Program-made: the position numbers and the translations under genes
The notes under the pieces: model-generated
Database searches by the model: none
Seen by the model: the letters and a program-made list of their open reading frames with translations, nothing else
Told to the model about the DNA's origin: nothing
NCBI GenBank assembly: GCA_026388375.1
Contig: JAPLJX010000426.1
Location: 1 to 38,864 of the forward strand
Length of the DNA: 38,864 nt
Reading direction: 5' to 3'
DNA from: Deltaproteobacteria bacterium
Lineage (GTDB): Bacteria > Desulfobacterota > Syntrophia > Syntrophales > UBA5619
Part shown: piece by piece, positions 8,772 to 16,344 of the stretch
How the letters are laid out: each line of letters opens with the position of its first letter
Numbering within the stretch: position 1 is the first letter of the stretch

Positions 8772-8800
8772 AAAAATCGGGAGCTGTCCTCCCTTTTTTT
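8772..8800. terminator. Candidate bidirectional intrinsic terminator between convergent cytochrome and rnd genes
   Basis: AAAAA-TC-GGGAG-CTGTC-CTCCC-TTTTTTT. The short 5 bp stem is flanked by an A-run and a T7 run, so a U-tract follows the hairpin on both strands. Confidence 0.5.
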
Positions 8801-9656
8801 ATGACGTAATAAGATTCAGGATTTCCGGGCCGAAGCGGTTTGCACCCTCGGCGGAGAGGAGGCCGGGGCCGGCGATCTTCTGAGGGGATGCGTTCTCCAG
8901 CCGCGCCAGACCGATGAGTTGTGAATCGGAGAGGAGCATGAAACAGGCGCGGTTGATCTCTTCCGCCTTCTCGAACCGCCAGCGGTACAGCAGGCGGAGC
9001 CGCTCCTTCTGCCCGGAATCCAGTTGCGTGTATCCGGCGATGTTCCGGTGCGCCGACCGGTCGAGGACCCTCGGCCGCCAGACCACCGCAGTCATTCCGA
9101 CGAAGAGGCGCTTTGCCTCTTTTTCCAGTCCCTTTTCATGCAGTTCTGCGTCCAGTTTCCGGTAAAGGTCGGTCAGGTGGGCCGTGTCGAGGGCGGCGTA
9201 GTCGAGCTGTTCCTCGGAGAGGGGCCGGAGATCCCACCGGGAGCGCTGCATCTTCTTCTCCAGCGTAACGCCGAGGTGGGTTTCGAGAAGCGTGGAGAGG
9301 GAGAGCAGACGGTATCCGAGAAGCGACGCGGCGCGGTGCGTGTCGAAGATGTTCCGGAAGTCGAAGGCGTAGTCCCGCTTCAGGATCCGGATGTCGTTGT
9401 CGCCGGCGTGGAAGATCTTGAGGATCTCCGGATCGATCAGGACGTCGCCGAGAAAGGAGAGGTCCAGGCCCGCTGCCAGCGGATCGATCAGCCAGCTCCT
9501 CTCCTCCGTCTGGATCTGGAGGAGGCAGAGCTGCTCCCGGAAGTAGCGGAAGGAGTCGTACTCGGTATCGAGCGCGATGACCGGCTCGGCGCGGATCGAC
9601 TTTTCGGCCTTTTCAAGTTTTGCGGGCGTATCCACCAGGGTCCAGCGGTTTTTCAT
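8799..9656 (-). CDS. rnd: Ribonuclease D-like 3'-5' exonuclease with HRDC domain
   Basis: DEDD exonuclease blocks are ALDTEYDS, HAGDNDIRIL and YAALDTAHL. The C-terminal HRDC-like segment is LLYRWRFEKAEEINRACFMLLSDSQLIGLA. Confidence 0.8.
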   Translation of the reverse strand: MKNRWTLVDTPAKLEKAEKSIRAEPVIALDTEYDSFRYFREQLCLLQIQTEERSWLIDPLAAGLDLSFLGDVLIDPEILKIFHAGDNDIRILKRDYAFDFRNIFDTHRAASLLGYRLLSLSTLLETHLGVTLEKKMQRSRWDLRPLSEEQLDYAALDTAHLTDLYRKLDAELHEKGLEKEAKRLFVGMTAVVWRPRVLDRSAHRNIAGYTQLDSGQKERLRLLYRWRFEKAEEINRACFMLLSDSQLIGLARLENASPQKIAGPGLLSAEGANRFGPEILNLITS

Positions 9657-9660
9657 TGAA

Positions 9661-10446
9661 TCATCCTTTTATAATCATGGCTGCCAGAATCAAGATTCCG
9701 ATGACGGCGAAGGCGCCCAGATCATGTCCCGAAAAGACCAGTTCGCGGAGCGTGGTTCTGGGGCCGCGTCGGTATCCCCTTGCCTCCATCGCGACGGCGA
9801 GTTCGTCGGCGCGGTGGAAGGCGGACAGCAGCAGCGGAACAGCGAGCGCCGCAACGGCTCGGGTCCGCAGCGCAAGGCTTCCTGTCGTGAAATCCGCGCC
9901 CCGCGCCATCTGCGCCATCCGGAGCCGGTCGTACTCCTCCAGGAGCATCGGCATGAAACGGAGCGCCATCGCGATCATCACGGCGAGATCCTGCGACGGG
10001 ATCCCGACCCTGGAGAGCGGCCGGAGCAGCCGTTCGATCCCCCCGACGAGTTCGGAGGGGGATGTCGACCACGTCAGAACGGCGGCAGCGAGGATGAGAC
10101 CCGCGAACTGCCAGGTGACGTAAATCCCCCGGAGGAGACCCTCCTGTGTGATCCGCACCGGCAGCGGGGCGAGCGACAGGAGCGGCTGCCCTTCGGTGAA
10201 GAAGAGATGAACGAAAAAGATCATCGCCATGAAAACCGCTACGGGCCGGAGCGCCCCCGCCGCTTGGGCGGGCGTCATGCGCGCCGCACGCACGACCGCG
10301 GCGAGAAAGGCGCTGATCAGCGCGATCTCCACCGGCGTCGCCGCGAAGATGAGGAGGCTGAGCGCAACGACGGAGAGGATCTTCACCCGCGGGTCGAGGC
10401 GGTGGACGATCGTGTCGCCCGGCAGGTACTGTCCCAGACGGATCAT
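9661..10446 (-). CDS. ecfT: ECF transporter transmembrane T component (EcfT/BioN/CbiQ family)
   Basis: MIRLGQYLPGDTIVHRLDPRVKIL is a typical EcfT N-terminus and the protein is polytopic. The start overlaps the ecfA stop (ATGA). Confidence 0.85.
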   Translation of the reverse strand: MIRLGQYLPGDTIVHRLDPRVKILSVVALSLLIFAATPVEIALISAFLAAVVRAARMTPAQAAGALRPVAVFMAMIFFVHLFFTEGQPLLSLAPLPVRITQEGLLRGIYVTWQFAGLILAAAVLTWSTSPSELVGGIERLLRPLSRVGIPSQDLAVMIAMALRFMPMLLEEYDRLRMAQMARGADFTTGSLALRTRAVAALAVPLLLSAFHRADELAVAMEARGYRRGPRTTLRELVFSGHDLGAFAVIGILILAAMIIKG

Positions 10447-11177
10447 CTCCCGCCCTTTCCCGGAAGACCGTCGAGACCGATTGCGGTCAGGCGTTCCGCC
10501 TGTCCGAAGACCTCCGCCGGCGTTCCCGTCAGGAGAACCCGCCCGCGGTCCATCACCACGACCCGGTGCGCCTCCGCGACGTCCCGCATGTCATGGGCGA
10601 TGTGGATGATCGCCATTCCCTCCCGGTTGAGCCTCCGGATGATCTCCAGGACGCGTTGTTTCCCCGCCGGATCGAGATAGGCCGTCGGTTCGTCGAAGGC
10701 AATGTAGCGGGGGTTCATCGCGACCACGCCGGCGATCGAGAGGAGACGCTTCTCCCCGCCCGAGAGGGTGTGGGGCGCCCGTTTCTCGAAACCCTTCATC
10801 CCGACCATCGCCAGGCACGCATCGACGCGGCGCCGGATCTCCGCAGAGGGGAGGGCGAGGTTTTCCGGCCCGAAGGCGACGTCCTCCTCCACCGTCATCC
10901 CCACGATCTGGCTCTCCGGATTCTGGAAAACCATCCCGACCCGCCGCCGGATCTCCCGGACGGAAGAGGCGTCGGTCGTCATCATTCCGTCCACGCAGAC
11001 CGTGCCGGCGGCGGGGAACAGAAGGGCGTTCAGGTGCTTGATGAGCGTCGTCTTGCCGGAGCGGTTCGGGCCGATCAGTGCCGTGTGGATGCCTTCAGGG
11101 ATCTCGAGACTGACCCCCCGGAGGCAGTCCGGCGCCCCGGCGTCGTAGCGGTAGATCAGATTTTCGACACGGATCAT
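10443..11177 (-). CDS. ecfA: ECF transporter ATPase (EcfA/BioM/CbiO family)
   Basis: Walker A GPNRSGKTT, signature LSGGEKRLL, Walker B IAFDEPT. I chose the internal ATG at 11177 (MIRVENLIYRY), which overlaps the bioY stop by ATGA. The upstream 65 codons of the track ORF are R/P/G-rich and overlap bioY. Confidence 0.85.
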   Translation of the reverse strand: MIRVENLIYRYDAGAPDCLRGVSLEIPEGIHTALIGPNRSGKTTLIKHLNALLFPAAGTVCVDGMMTTDASSVREIRRRVGMVFQNPESQIVGMTVEEDVAFGPENLALPSAEIRRRVDACLAMVGMKGFEKRAPHTLSGGEKRLLSIAGVVAMNPRYIAFDEPTAYLDPAGKQRVLEIIRRLNREGMAIIHIAHDMRDVAEAHRVVVMDRGRVLLTGTPAEVFGQAERLTAIGLDGLPGKGGR

Positions 11178-11719
11178 GGGAGCTTCCCGCCGATACGGTC
11201 CCGGAGCTTGAGCGCGATCCAGGCCGTGAGGACAATCTTGATTCCGTCGCCCGGGAGGAACGGGAGGACGCCGACGGCCAGCGCCTTCACCGGGGTCAGA
11301 CGGGCGACCAGGGAGAGTTGAAGAACCCCCAGCGCGTAGAGGACCGCCGTTCCCACGATGAGCGAAAGGCATAACCAGGCGAAGCCGGGACGCGCCTTCA
11401 CCGCGGCGAGTTTGCCGATCACGAAGGCGGCGGCGACAAATCCGATCAGGTAGCCGCCCGTCGGTCCGAAGAGGACGCCGAGGCCCGCCTTGCCGCCGGC
11501 AAAGACCGGCAGGCCGATGATGCCGAGGAGGAGGTAGACCACCTGGCTGAGCGCCCCGAGACGTCCCCCGAGGAGCGTCCCGGCTAGACCGAGAAACAGG
11601 GTCTGGAGCGTGATCGGCACCGGCGGGAGCGGGATGATGATGTAGGCCCCCACGGCGGTCAGCGCCCCGAAGAGGGAGGCGTAGACCATGCCGCGGAGGG
11701 AGGTCTGTTCGGTGCTCAT
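11174..11719 (-). CDS. bioY: Biotin transporter S component BioY
   Basis: IPLPPVPITLQTLFLGLAGTLLG...GLPVFAGGKAGLGVLFGPTGGYLIGF is the characteristic BioY core. I chose the ATG at 11719 (MSTEQTS...). Confidence 0.85.
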   Translation of the reverse strand: MSTEQTSLRGMVYASLFGALTAVGAYIIIPLPPVPITLQTLFLGLAGTLLGGRLGALSQVVYLLLGIIGLPVFAGGKAGLGVLFGPTGGYLIGFVAAAFVIGKLAAVKARPGFAWLCLSLIVGTAVLYALGVLQLSLVARLTPVKALAVGVLPFLPGDGIKIVLTAWIALKLRDRIGGKLP

Positions 11720-12158
11720 TGAATTTTGATCGGCCTTTCCATTGCGGGTCCGCCCGCGCCGGGACACGGCATCCCGTTTTGGCGTCGCCCGGTTCATGCT
11801 GACGGGAACATACTTCGATCCGGCCGGATTTTCAACCTTTAATCACGGGGATTCCGGTTTTCATCTTTTCTACGGCAGCCGCATCCAGGCAGACCCGGTT
11901 GCGCCTCCTTTCGGACAGACGGCGTCCGGATAGCTGCTACACCGTAATCATCGGCGCCTCATGTCTTGGTCACTATTTCATTGATTCACCGGACCGCCCA
12001 TCATATACTCCCACATCGCAAAAGCGAATTTTTATCCAAGGGGGGATGGCTGATCCGCGCGGCGGGTCGGCAGCCTCGACTTCCCCAATCCCGGCGCGGA
12101 CTACACGATCCTCTACAGCCACGGCGACGCCGGGATCCCCGTCCCCGGGAGACAATGA

Positions 12159-13355
12159 ATGGGCGCCCGTTCCCTTTTCAGAAATATGCTGCCGGCCCAG
12201 GACAGGGGCAAGGGTGTCTTTTTCATCCTCCTGTCCCAGTTCGGATTGGCGTTCAGCTTCAACGTCGTGATGTCGTTCATGCCCTTCTACATCATCAAGA
12301 TCAGCCCCTACAACACGTACGATACGATGATCTGGATCGGCATAATCATGGGCCTGAACTCCTTTGTCGCCGCGGCGACGGCGCCCGTTTGGGGAAGCCT
12401 GACCTCGGAGTTCAGCCCCAAAGGCTTATTTGAATTGGCCTTTTTATCCAACGGGATCATTTTTCTGCTCATGGGGTTTACCGATAGCTTGCCGATACTG
12501 CTGGTTCTGCGCCTGATCCAGGGGGCTCTCGGCGGCGCCTCCACGGTGGGTCTTTTCATGATTTCACAATTATCGTCCAAAGATGGCTTGGCTGGCAATC
12601 TCAGCCTGTATCAGAATTCCATGACCGCCGGAAGCCTGCTGGGGCCGCCCGTCGGGGCCTATCTCGCCGCGCATCTGGGATACCGCTCACCCTTCATCGT
12701 CTCTGTCGTGATGATCGGCGTCTTCCTGCTGCTGTGCCAGATCTATGTGGCCGAGATTCACAAGAAGGAAACGGACCGTGACCGGAAGATCTCCTTCAGC
12801 CGGGACGTTATGTGGGGGTGGGCGCTGAGCTTTATCGCGACAATCCACCTGATCTTTCTGCCAAGCATCCTGCCCCATGTGCTGGGGGGATTCGGCCTGG
12901 CGGGGGAAAACGCGCTTAAAGCGGCGGGGTTCATCATGATGGGCTATACGGCGACGGCCATCATCGGCAGCTACGTCATCAGCCGTTGGACCCCTAGGGC
13001 GAAGCTGACCGGGGTGATCGCCGCGGCGTGTCTGCTCTCCGCACTCTTTCAGGCCCTGCTGTTCCTCTCCCAGGGAGTCGTCAGCTTTGCGGTGATCCGG
13101 ATGCTCCAGACCGGAGTGGTGGCCGCCGTCATCCCGCTGGTCATGGCCAACTTTGGTTCGAAATTGGGCGGAACGGGGATCGGCTTCCTCAATTCGGCAC
13201 GATTCGCCGGAAATGGCGTCGCCCCCCTGCTGGCGACCTTCGTCCTGGCCGGCTCAAACCTTCTCACGCGCTATTTGATCATCGCCGCCGCGACGGTCGG
13301 CGCCGTGCTGGCGTTTTGGATCACAACCCCAAAGACGCCCCAGGGTCAATCCTGA
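12159..13355 (+). CDS. MFS transporter
   Basis: The 398 aa product has about 12 hydrophobic segments. An MFS-like loop (APVWGSLTSEFSPKG) follows TM2. Confidence 0.8.
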   Translation: MGARSLFRNMLPAQDRGKGVFFILLSQFGLAFSFNVVMSFMPFYIIKISPYNTYDTMIWIGIIMGLNSFVAAATAPVWGSLTSEFSPKGLFELAFLSNGIIFLLMGFTDSLPILLVLRLIQGALGGASTVGLFMISQLSSKDGLAGNLSLYQNSMTAGSLLGPPVGAYLAAHLGYRSPFIVSVVMIGVFLLLCQIYVAEIHKKETDRDRKISFSRDVMWGWALSFIATIHLIFLPSILPHVLGGFGLAGENALKAAGFIMMGYTATAIIGSYVISRWTPRAKLTGVIAAACLLSALFQALLFLSQGVVSFAVIRMLQTGVVAAVIPLVMANFGSKLGGTGIGFLNSARFAGNGVAPLLATFVLAGSNLLTRYLIIAAATVGAVLAFWITTPKTPQGQS

Positions 13356-13404
13356 GCATAAAAAATCCATCAAACGGCAGATCTACGCTTGAGAGGCGAA
13401 GACT

Positions 13405-13425
13405 CCGGGTTCTGTGCGAACCGGG
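13405..13425 (+). terminator. Hairpin downstream of the MFS gene (weak terminator candidate)
   Basis: CCGGGTTC-TGTGC-GAACCGGG is an 8 bp stem. The downstream sequence is only moderately T-rich (CAGCTTCGGTTTGTGG). Confidence 0.3.
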
Positions 13426-13493
13426 CAGCTTCGGTTTGTGGTGATAACGGTTCGCGCATGCAAATGAACCCTTACAATTCTTACAAAATCTGC

Positions 13494-13522
13494 TTGACAA
13501 GATGAAAGCGGATTGTTATGGA
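13494..13522 (+). promoter_or_regulatory. Candidate sigma70-type promoter for the ilv leader
   Basis: TTGACA (13494-99), 17 nt spacer, TATGGA (13517-22). The -35 is perfect and the -10 is poor. Confidence 0.3.
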
Positions 13523-13548
13523 TAGGCCACTTTTTGGGAAGGATCGTT

Positions 13549-13635
13549 ATGGAAAGAGTCAAGACCATCGTCAACCCCGTACGGATTGCGATTATTATCG
13601 GAATCATTATTCCCTGCTGCATAGGGACTGGGTGA
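13549..13635 (+). CDS. Ile/Val-rich leader peptide of an ilvBN attenuator (28 aa)
   Basis: The manual translation is MERVKTIVNPVRIAIIIGIIIPCCIGTG*, with 9 Ile and 3 Val in 28 residues. SD GGAAGGA lies 6 nt upstream. A strong terminator follows before ilvB. Confidence 0.6.
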   Translation: MERVKTIVNPVRIAIIIGIIIPCCIGTG

Positions 13636-13664
13636 TGGTCTGTTCTTAAAAAATCTTGAACTGC

Positions 13665-13699
13665 AAACCGTTACCAGCCCCTGGTAACGGTTTTTTTTT
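13665..13699 (+). terminator. Intrinsic terminator (attenuator) upstream of ilvB
   Basis: AAACCGTTACCAG-CCC-CTGGTAACGGTTT followed by a T9 run. It lies 30 nt upstream of the ilvB ATG. Confidence 0.8.
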
Positions 13700-13728
13700 C
13701 GGGGAAAAACAGACGGAGGAGAGAAGCC

Positions 13729-15429
13729 ATGCAACAAACCGGATCGCAGATCCTTTTTACGGCCTTGAAGGAAGAAAACGTCGATACCCTCTTCGGTTAT
13801 CCGGGAGGATGCGTCATGGATATCTACGACGAGCTGTTCCGGCAGGAGATCCGGCACATCCTGGTGCGGCACGAACAGGGGGCCATCCATGCCGCCGACG
13901 GTTACGCCAGGGCCTCGGGCCGGGTCGGCGTCTGCCTGGTCACGTCGGGACCCGGCGCCACCAACACGGTGACCGGGATTGCCAACGCCTATATGGATTC
14001 CATTCCCGTCGTCGTCCTCACGGGACAGGTTCCCACGGCCATGATCGGCAACGATGGCTTCCAGGAAGTGGACATCACCGGCATCACCCGGACCTGCACA
14101 AAACACAACTTTCTGGTCCGGAACATCGGCGATTTGCACCGAACGGTCCGGGAGGCCTTTCAGATTGCCCGTTCAGGGCGACCGGGACCGGTCCTCGTCG
14201 ATCTCCCGAAAGATGTGATTCAGTCGGTCACGGAAGCGGAACTCCCCCGAACCGTTGTTCCTCCCGCGGAGGAGGGCCGTCCGGATCTGGAGGGGCTCTG
14301 CACTGAAGCCCTGAAAATGCTCCTCCAGGCGAAAAAGCCGCTCATCATCGTCGGGGGAGGGGTGATTCTCGGAAAAGCCTCCGAGGTTTTCCGCGCCTTC
14401 GTGAAAAAATTCCGGATCCCGGTCGTCTCGACCCTGATGGGGCTGGGCGCCTTCCCCGCGAGCGATCCGCTCTGGACCGGAATGTTGGGCATGCACGGCG
14501 CCTACTCGGCCAACATGGCCGTCAGCCATTGCGATCTCCTGATTGCGGTCGGCGTCCGGTTCGATGATCGCGCTACCTCCAAGGTCGAGGCCTTTGCCCC
14601 CCATGCCAAGATCATCCATATCGATATTGATCCCGTCTCCATCGACCGAATCGTCCGGACCGATCTGGCCATCGTCAGCCACTGTACCCCGGCTCTCGAT
14701 ACCCTCCATCGTCTCAGCGACGAACAGGGGCTGACGCTGCCCGAGCGGCAAATCCGCGCCTGGCTCAACCAACTCCGTCAATGGAAAGCGGAAATGCCCC
14801 TCAGCTACTGCCGCAACCAGAACATCAAACCCCAGTACGTCATTGAAAAGCTCCATCAGCTCACGCAGGGCCGGGCGATCATCGCGACCGAGGTGGGACA
14901 GCACCAGATGTGGGCGGCCCAGTTTTACCGTTTCGACGAGCCGAATGCCTTCCTCACCTCGGGGGGGTTGGGAACGATGGGGTTCGGGTTGCCCGCCGCC
15001 ATTGGTGCCCAGGTGGCCTGCCCGGACCGGATCGTGGTCGATGTGGCGGGAGACGGCAGCATCCAGATGAACATCCAGGAGCTGGGCACCATCGCCCATT
15101 ACGGCCTGCCCGTCAAGGTGGTGATCCTGAACAATCTTTACCTCGGCATGATCCGCCAGTGGCAGGAGCTCTTCTATGGCCGCCGCTATTCCCAGTCCGA
15201 CATGACCCAAGCGCCCGACTTCGTGAAACTGGCCGAGGCCTATGGGATCAAAGGGCTGCGGGCCACAAAGCCCGAGGAGGTGAAACGCGTTCTTCAGGAA
15301 GGTCTGGAGACGCCCGGCCCGGTGGTGATGGACTTCCATGTGGAGCCGGAGGAGAATGTTTTTCCGATGGTGAAACCGGGAACGCCGCTCACGGAGATGG
15401 CCTTCGGTAATGTCCGTGCGGTTGCATGA
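13729..15429 (+). CDS. ilvB: Acetolactate synthase (acetohydroxyacid synthase) large subunit
   Basis: The 566 aa product has a ThDP enzyme N-terminus (GYPGG...RHEQGA.HAADGYAR..G...VC..TSGPGATN) and the ThDP-binding motif GLGTMGFGLPAAIGA...GDGS.QMN.QEL. Confidence 0.92.
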   Translation: MQQTGSQILFTALKEENVDTLFGYPGGCVMDIYDELFRQEIRHILVRHEQGAIHAADGYARASGRVGVCLVTSGPGATNTVTGIANAYMDSIPVVVLTGQVPTAMIGNDGFQEVDITGITRTCTKHNFLVRNIGDLHRTVREAFQIARSGRPGPVLVDLPKDVIQSVTEAELPRTVVPPAEEGRPDLEGLCTEALKMLLQAKKPLIIVGGGVILGKASEVFRAFVKKFRIPVVSTLMGLGAFPASDPLWTGMLGMHGAYSANMAVSHCDLLIAVGVRFDDRATSKVEAFAPHAKIIHIDIDPVSIDRIVRTDLAIVSHCTPALDTLHRLSDEQGLTLPERQIRAWLNQLRQWKAEMPLSYCRNQNIKPQYVIEKLHQLTQGRAIIATEVGQHQMWAAQFYRFDEPNAFLTSGGLGTMGFGLPAAIGAQVACPDRIVVDVAGDGSIQMNIQELGTIAHYGLPVKVVILNNLYLGMIRQWQELFYGRRYSQSDMTQAPDFVKLAEAYGIKGLRATKPEEVKRVLQEGLETPGPVVMDFHVEPEENVFPMVKPGTPLTEMAFGNVRAVA

Positions 15430-15452
15430 ACTAAGAGGAATCAGGGACATAT

Positions 15453-15479
15453 GGGGACATCTTGCCGCAAGGTGTCCCC
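15453..15479 (+). other. 12-bp hairpin in the unusually long ilvB-ilvN spacer
   Basis: GGGGACATCTTG-CCG-CAAGGTGTCCCC has one G-U pair. Extra copies of GGGACAT (15444-50) and GTGTCCCC (15499-506) flank it. Confidence 0.5.
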
Positions 15480-15561
15480 GGCCCGGAGGGATCGGAACGT
15501 GTCCCCGATTCCTGCGGCCTTTTGAAGCCGTCATGAATCATCGATAAGAAAGGGAACAACC

Positions 15562-16056
15562 ATGCCAGTCCAGTTCAAAGAACGAGCGATATCCGTCATT
15601 GTCAACAACCGGCCCGACGTGCTGGCCCGCATCGCCGGCACCTTCAGCGCCCGGGGGTTCAATATTGAAAGCATCTCCGCGAATATCACCCGGAACCCGG
15701 CAGTGACCAAGATCATCATTACGACGCTGACCACGCCGGAGACGATCACCAATGTCATCAAGCAGTTGAACCGTCTGATCGATGTGCTGGAGGCGAGGAG
15801 ACTCCGCAGACCCCAGGCGGTCTGCAGGGAAATGATCCTCGCGCGGATCCCCCTGACGAAGGAGCGGCAGGAATCGCTCCGGGAACTCATCGACACCCGC
15901 GGCGGGAAAACGGTCAGCCTCGAACCCGGGTCGGCCGTCCTGGAATTTACCGGGGACAAGGAGGATCTCGAAGAGATTCTGACCCGCCTGGAGGCGCTGG
16001 GCATGGAAGACTTTTCGCGAACCGGCGTCATCGCCCTGGAACGGAGCAAGTCCTGA
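15562..16056 (+). CDS. ilvN: Acetolactate synthase small (regulatory) subunit, ACT domain
   Basis: ISVIVNNRPDVLARIAGTFSARGFNIESIS is the canonical IlvN/IlvH ACT-domain N-terminus. The product is 164 aa. Confidence 0.9.
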   Translation: MPVQFKERAISVIVNNRPDVLARIAGTFSARGFNIESISANITRNPAVTKIIITTLTTPETITNVIKQLNRLIDVLEARRLRRPQAVCREMILARIPLTKERQESLRELIDTRGGKTVSLEPGSAVLEFTGDKEDLEEILTRLEALGMEDFSRTGVIALERSKS

Positions 16057-16285
16057 AGTTGCACAGTCGATCCCAAGAGAGCAGCTTGCGGCAACGAACC
16101 CATACTCATTGTTGACTGCATTTGCCGCATGCTGGCTTAAGATTGACAATTAATACATTCATACAAATACAAGTCTTTAGGGCGGCTGATCGGGCCAGCA
16201 TATTGAATGCGGTTTGAAAGGTACTGCGAATCAAAAACTTATTTCCCATTTCTATAAAATTCCGACGATTTCTTGAAATCCACCT

Positions 16286-16314
16286 TTGACATAACCAATA
16301 TGAAGGTGTAGATT
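16286..16314 (+). promoter_or_regulatory. Candidate promoter for hsdM
   Basis: TTGACA (16286-91), 17 nt spacer, TAGATT (16309-14), about 30 nt upstream of ATG 16345 in an AT-rich stretch. Confidence 0.35.
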
Positions 16315-16344
16315 TCCTTCCATAATTCTCAACAACCCCGTTCC

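Noticed and set aside
16100-16112. A shared 10-mer, GCAACGAACC, between 16100-16112 and the 18605-18617 palindrome, and a GTTGCACA at 16066.
   Set aside because: Hundreds of 10-mer coincidences are expected between positions in a 39 kb window. There is no palindromic arrangement at the 16.1 kb site.
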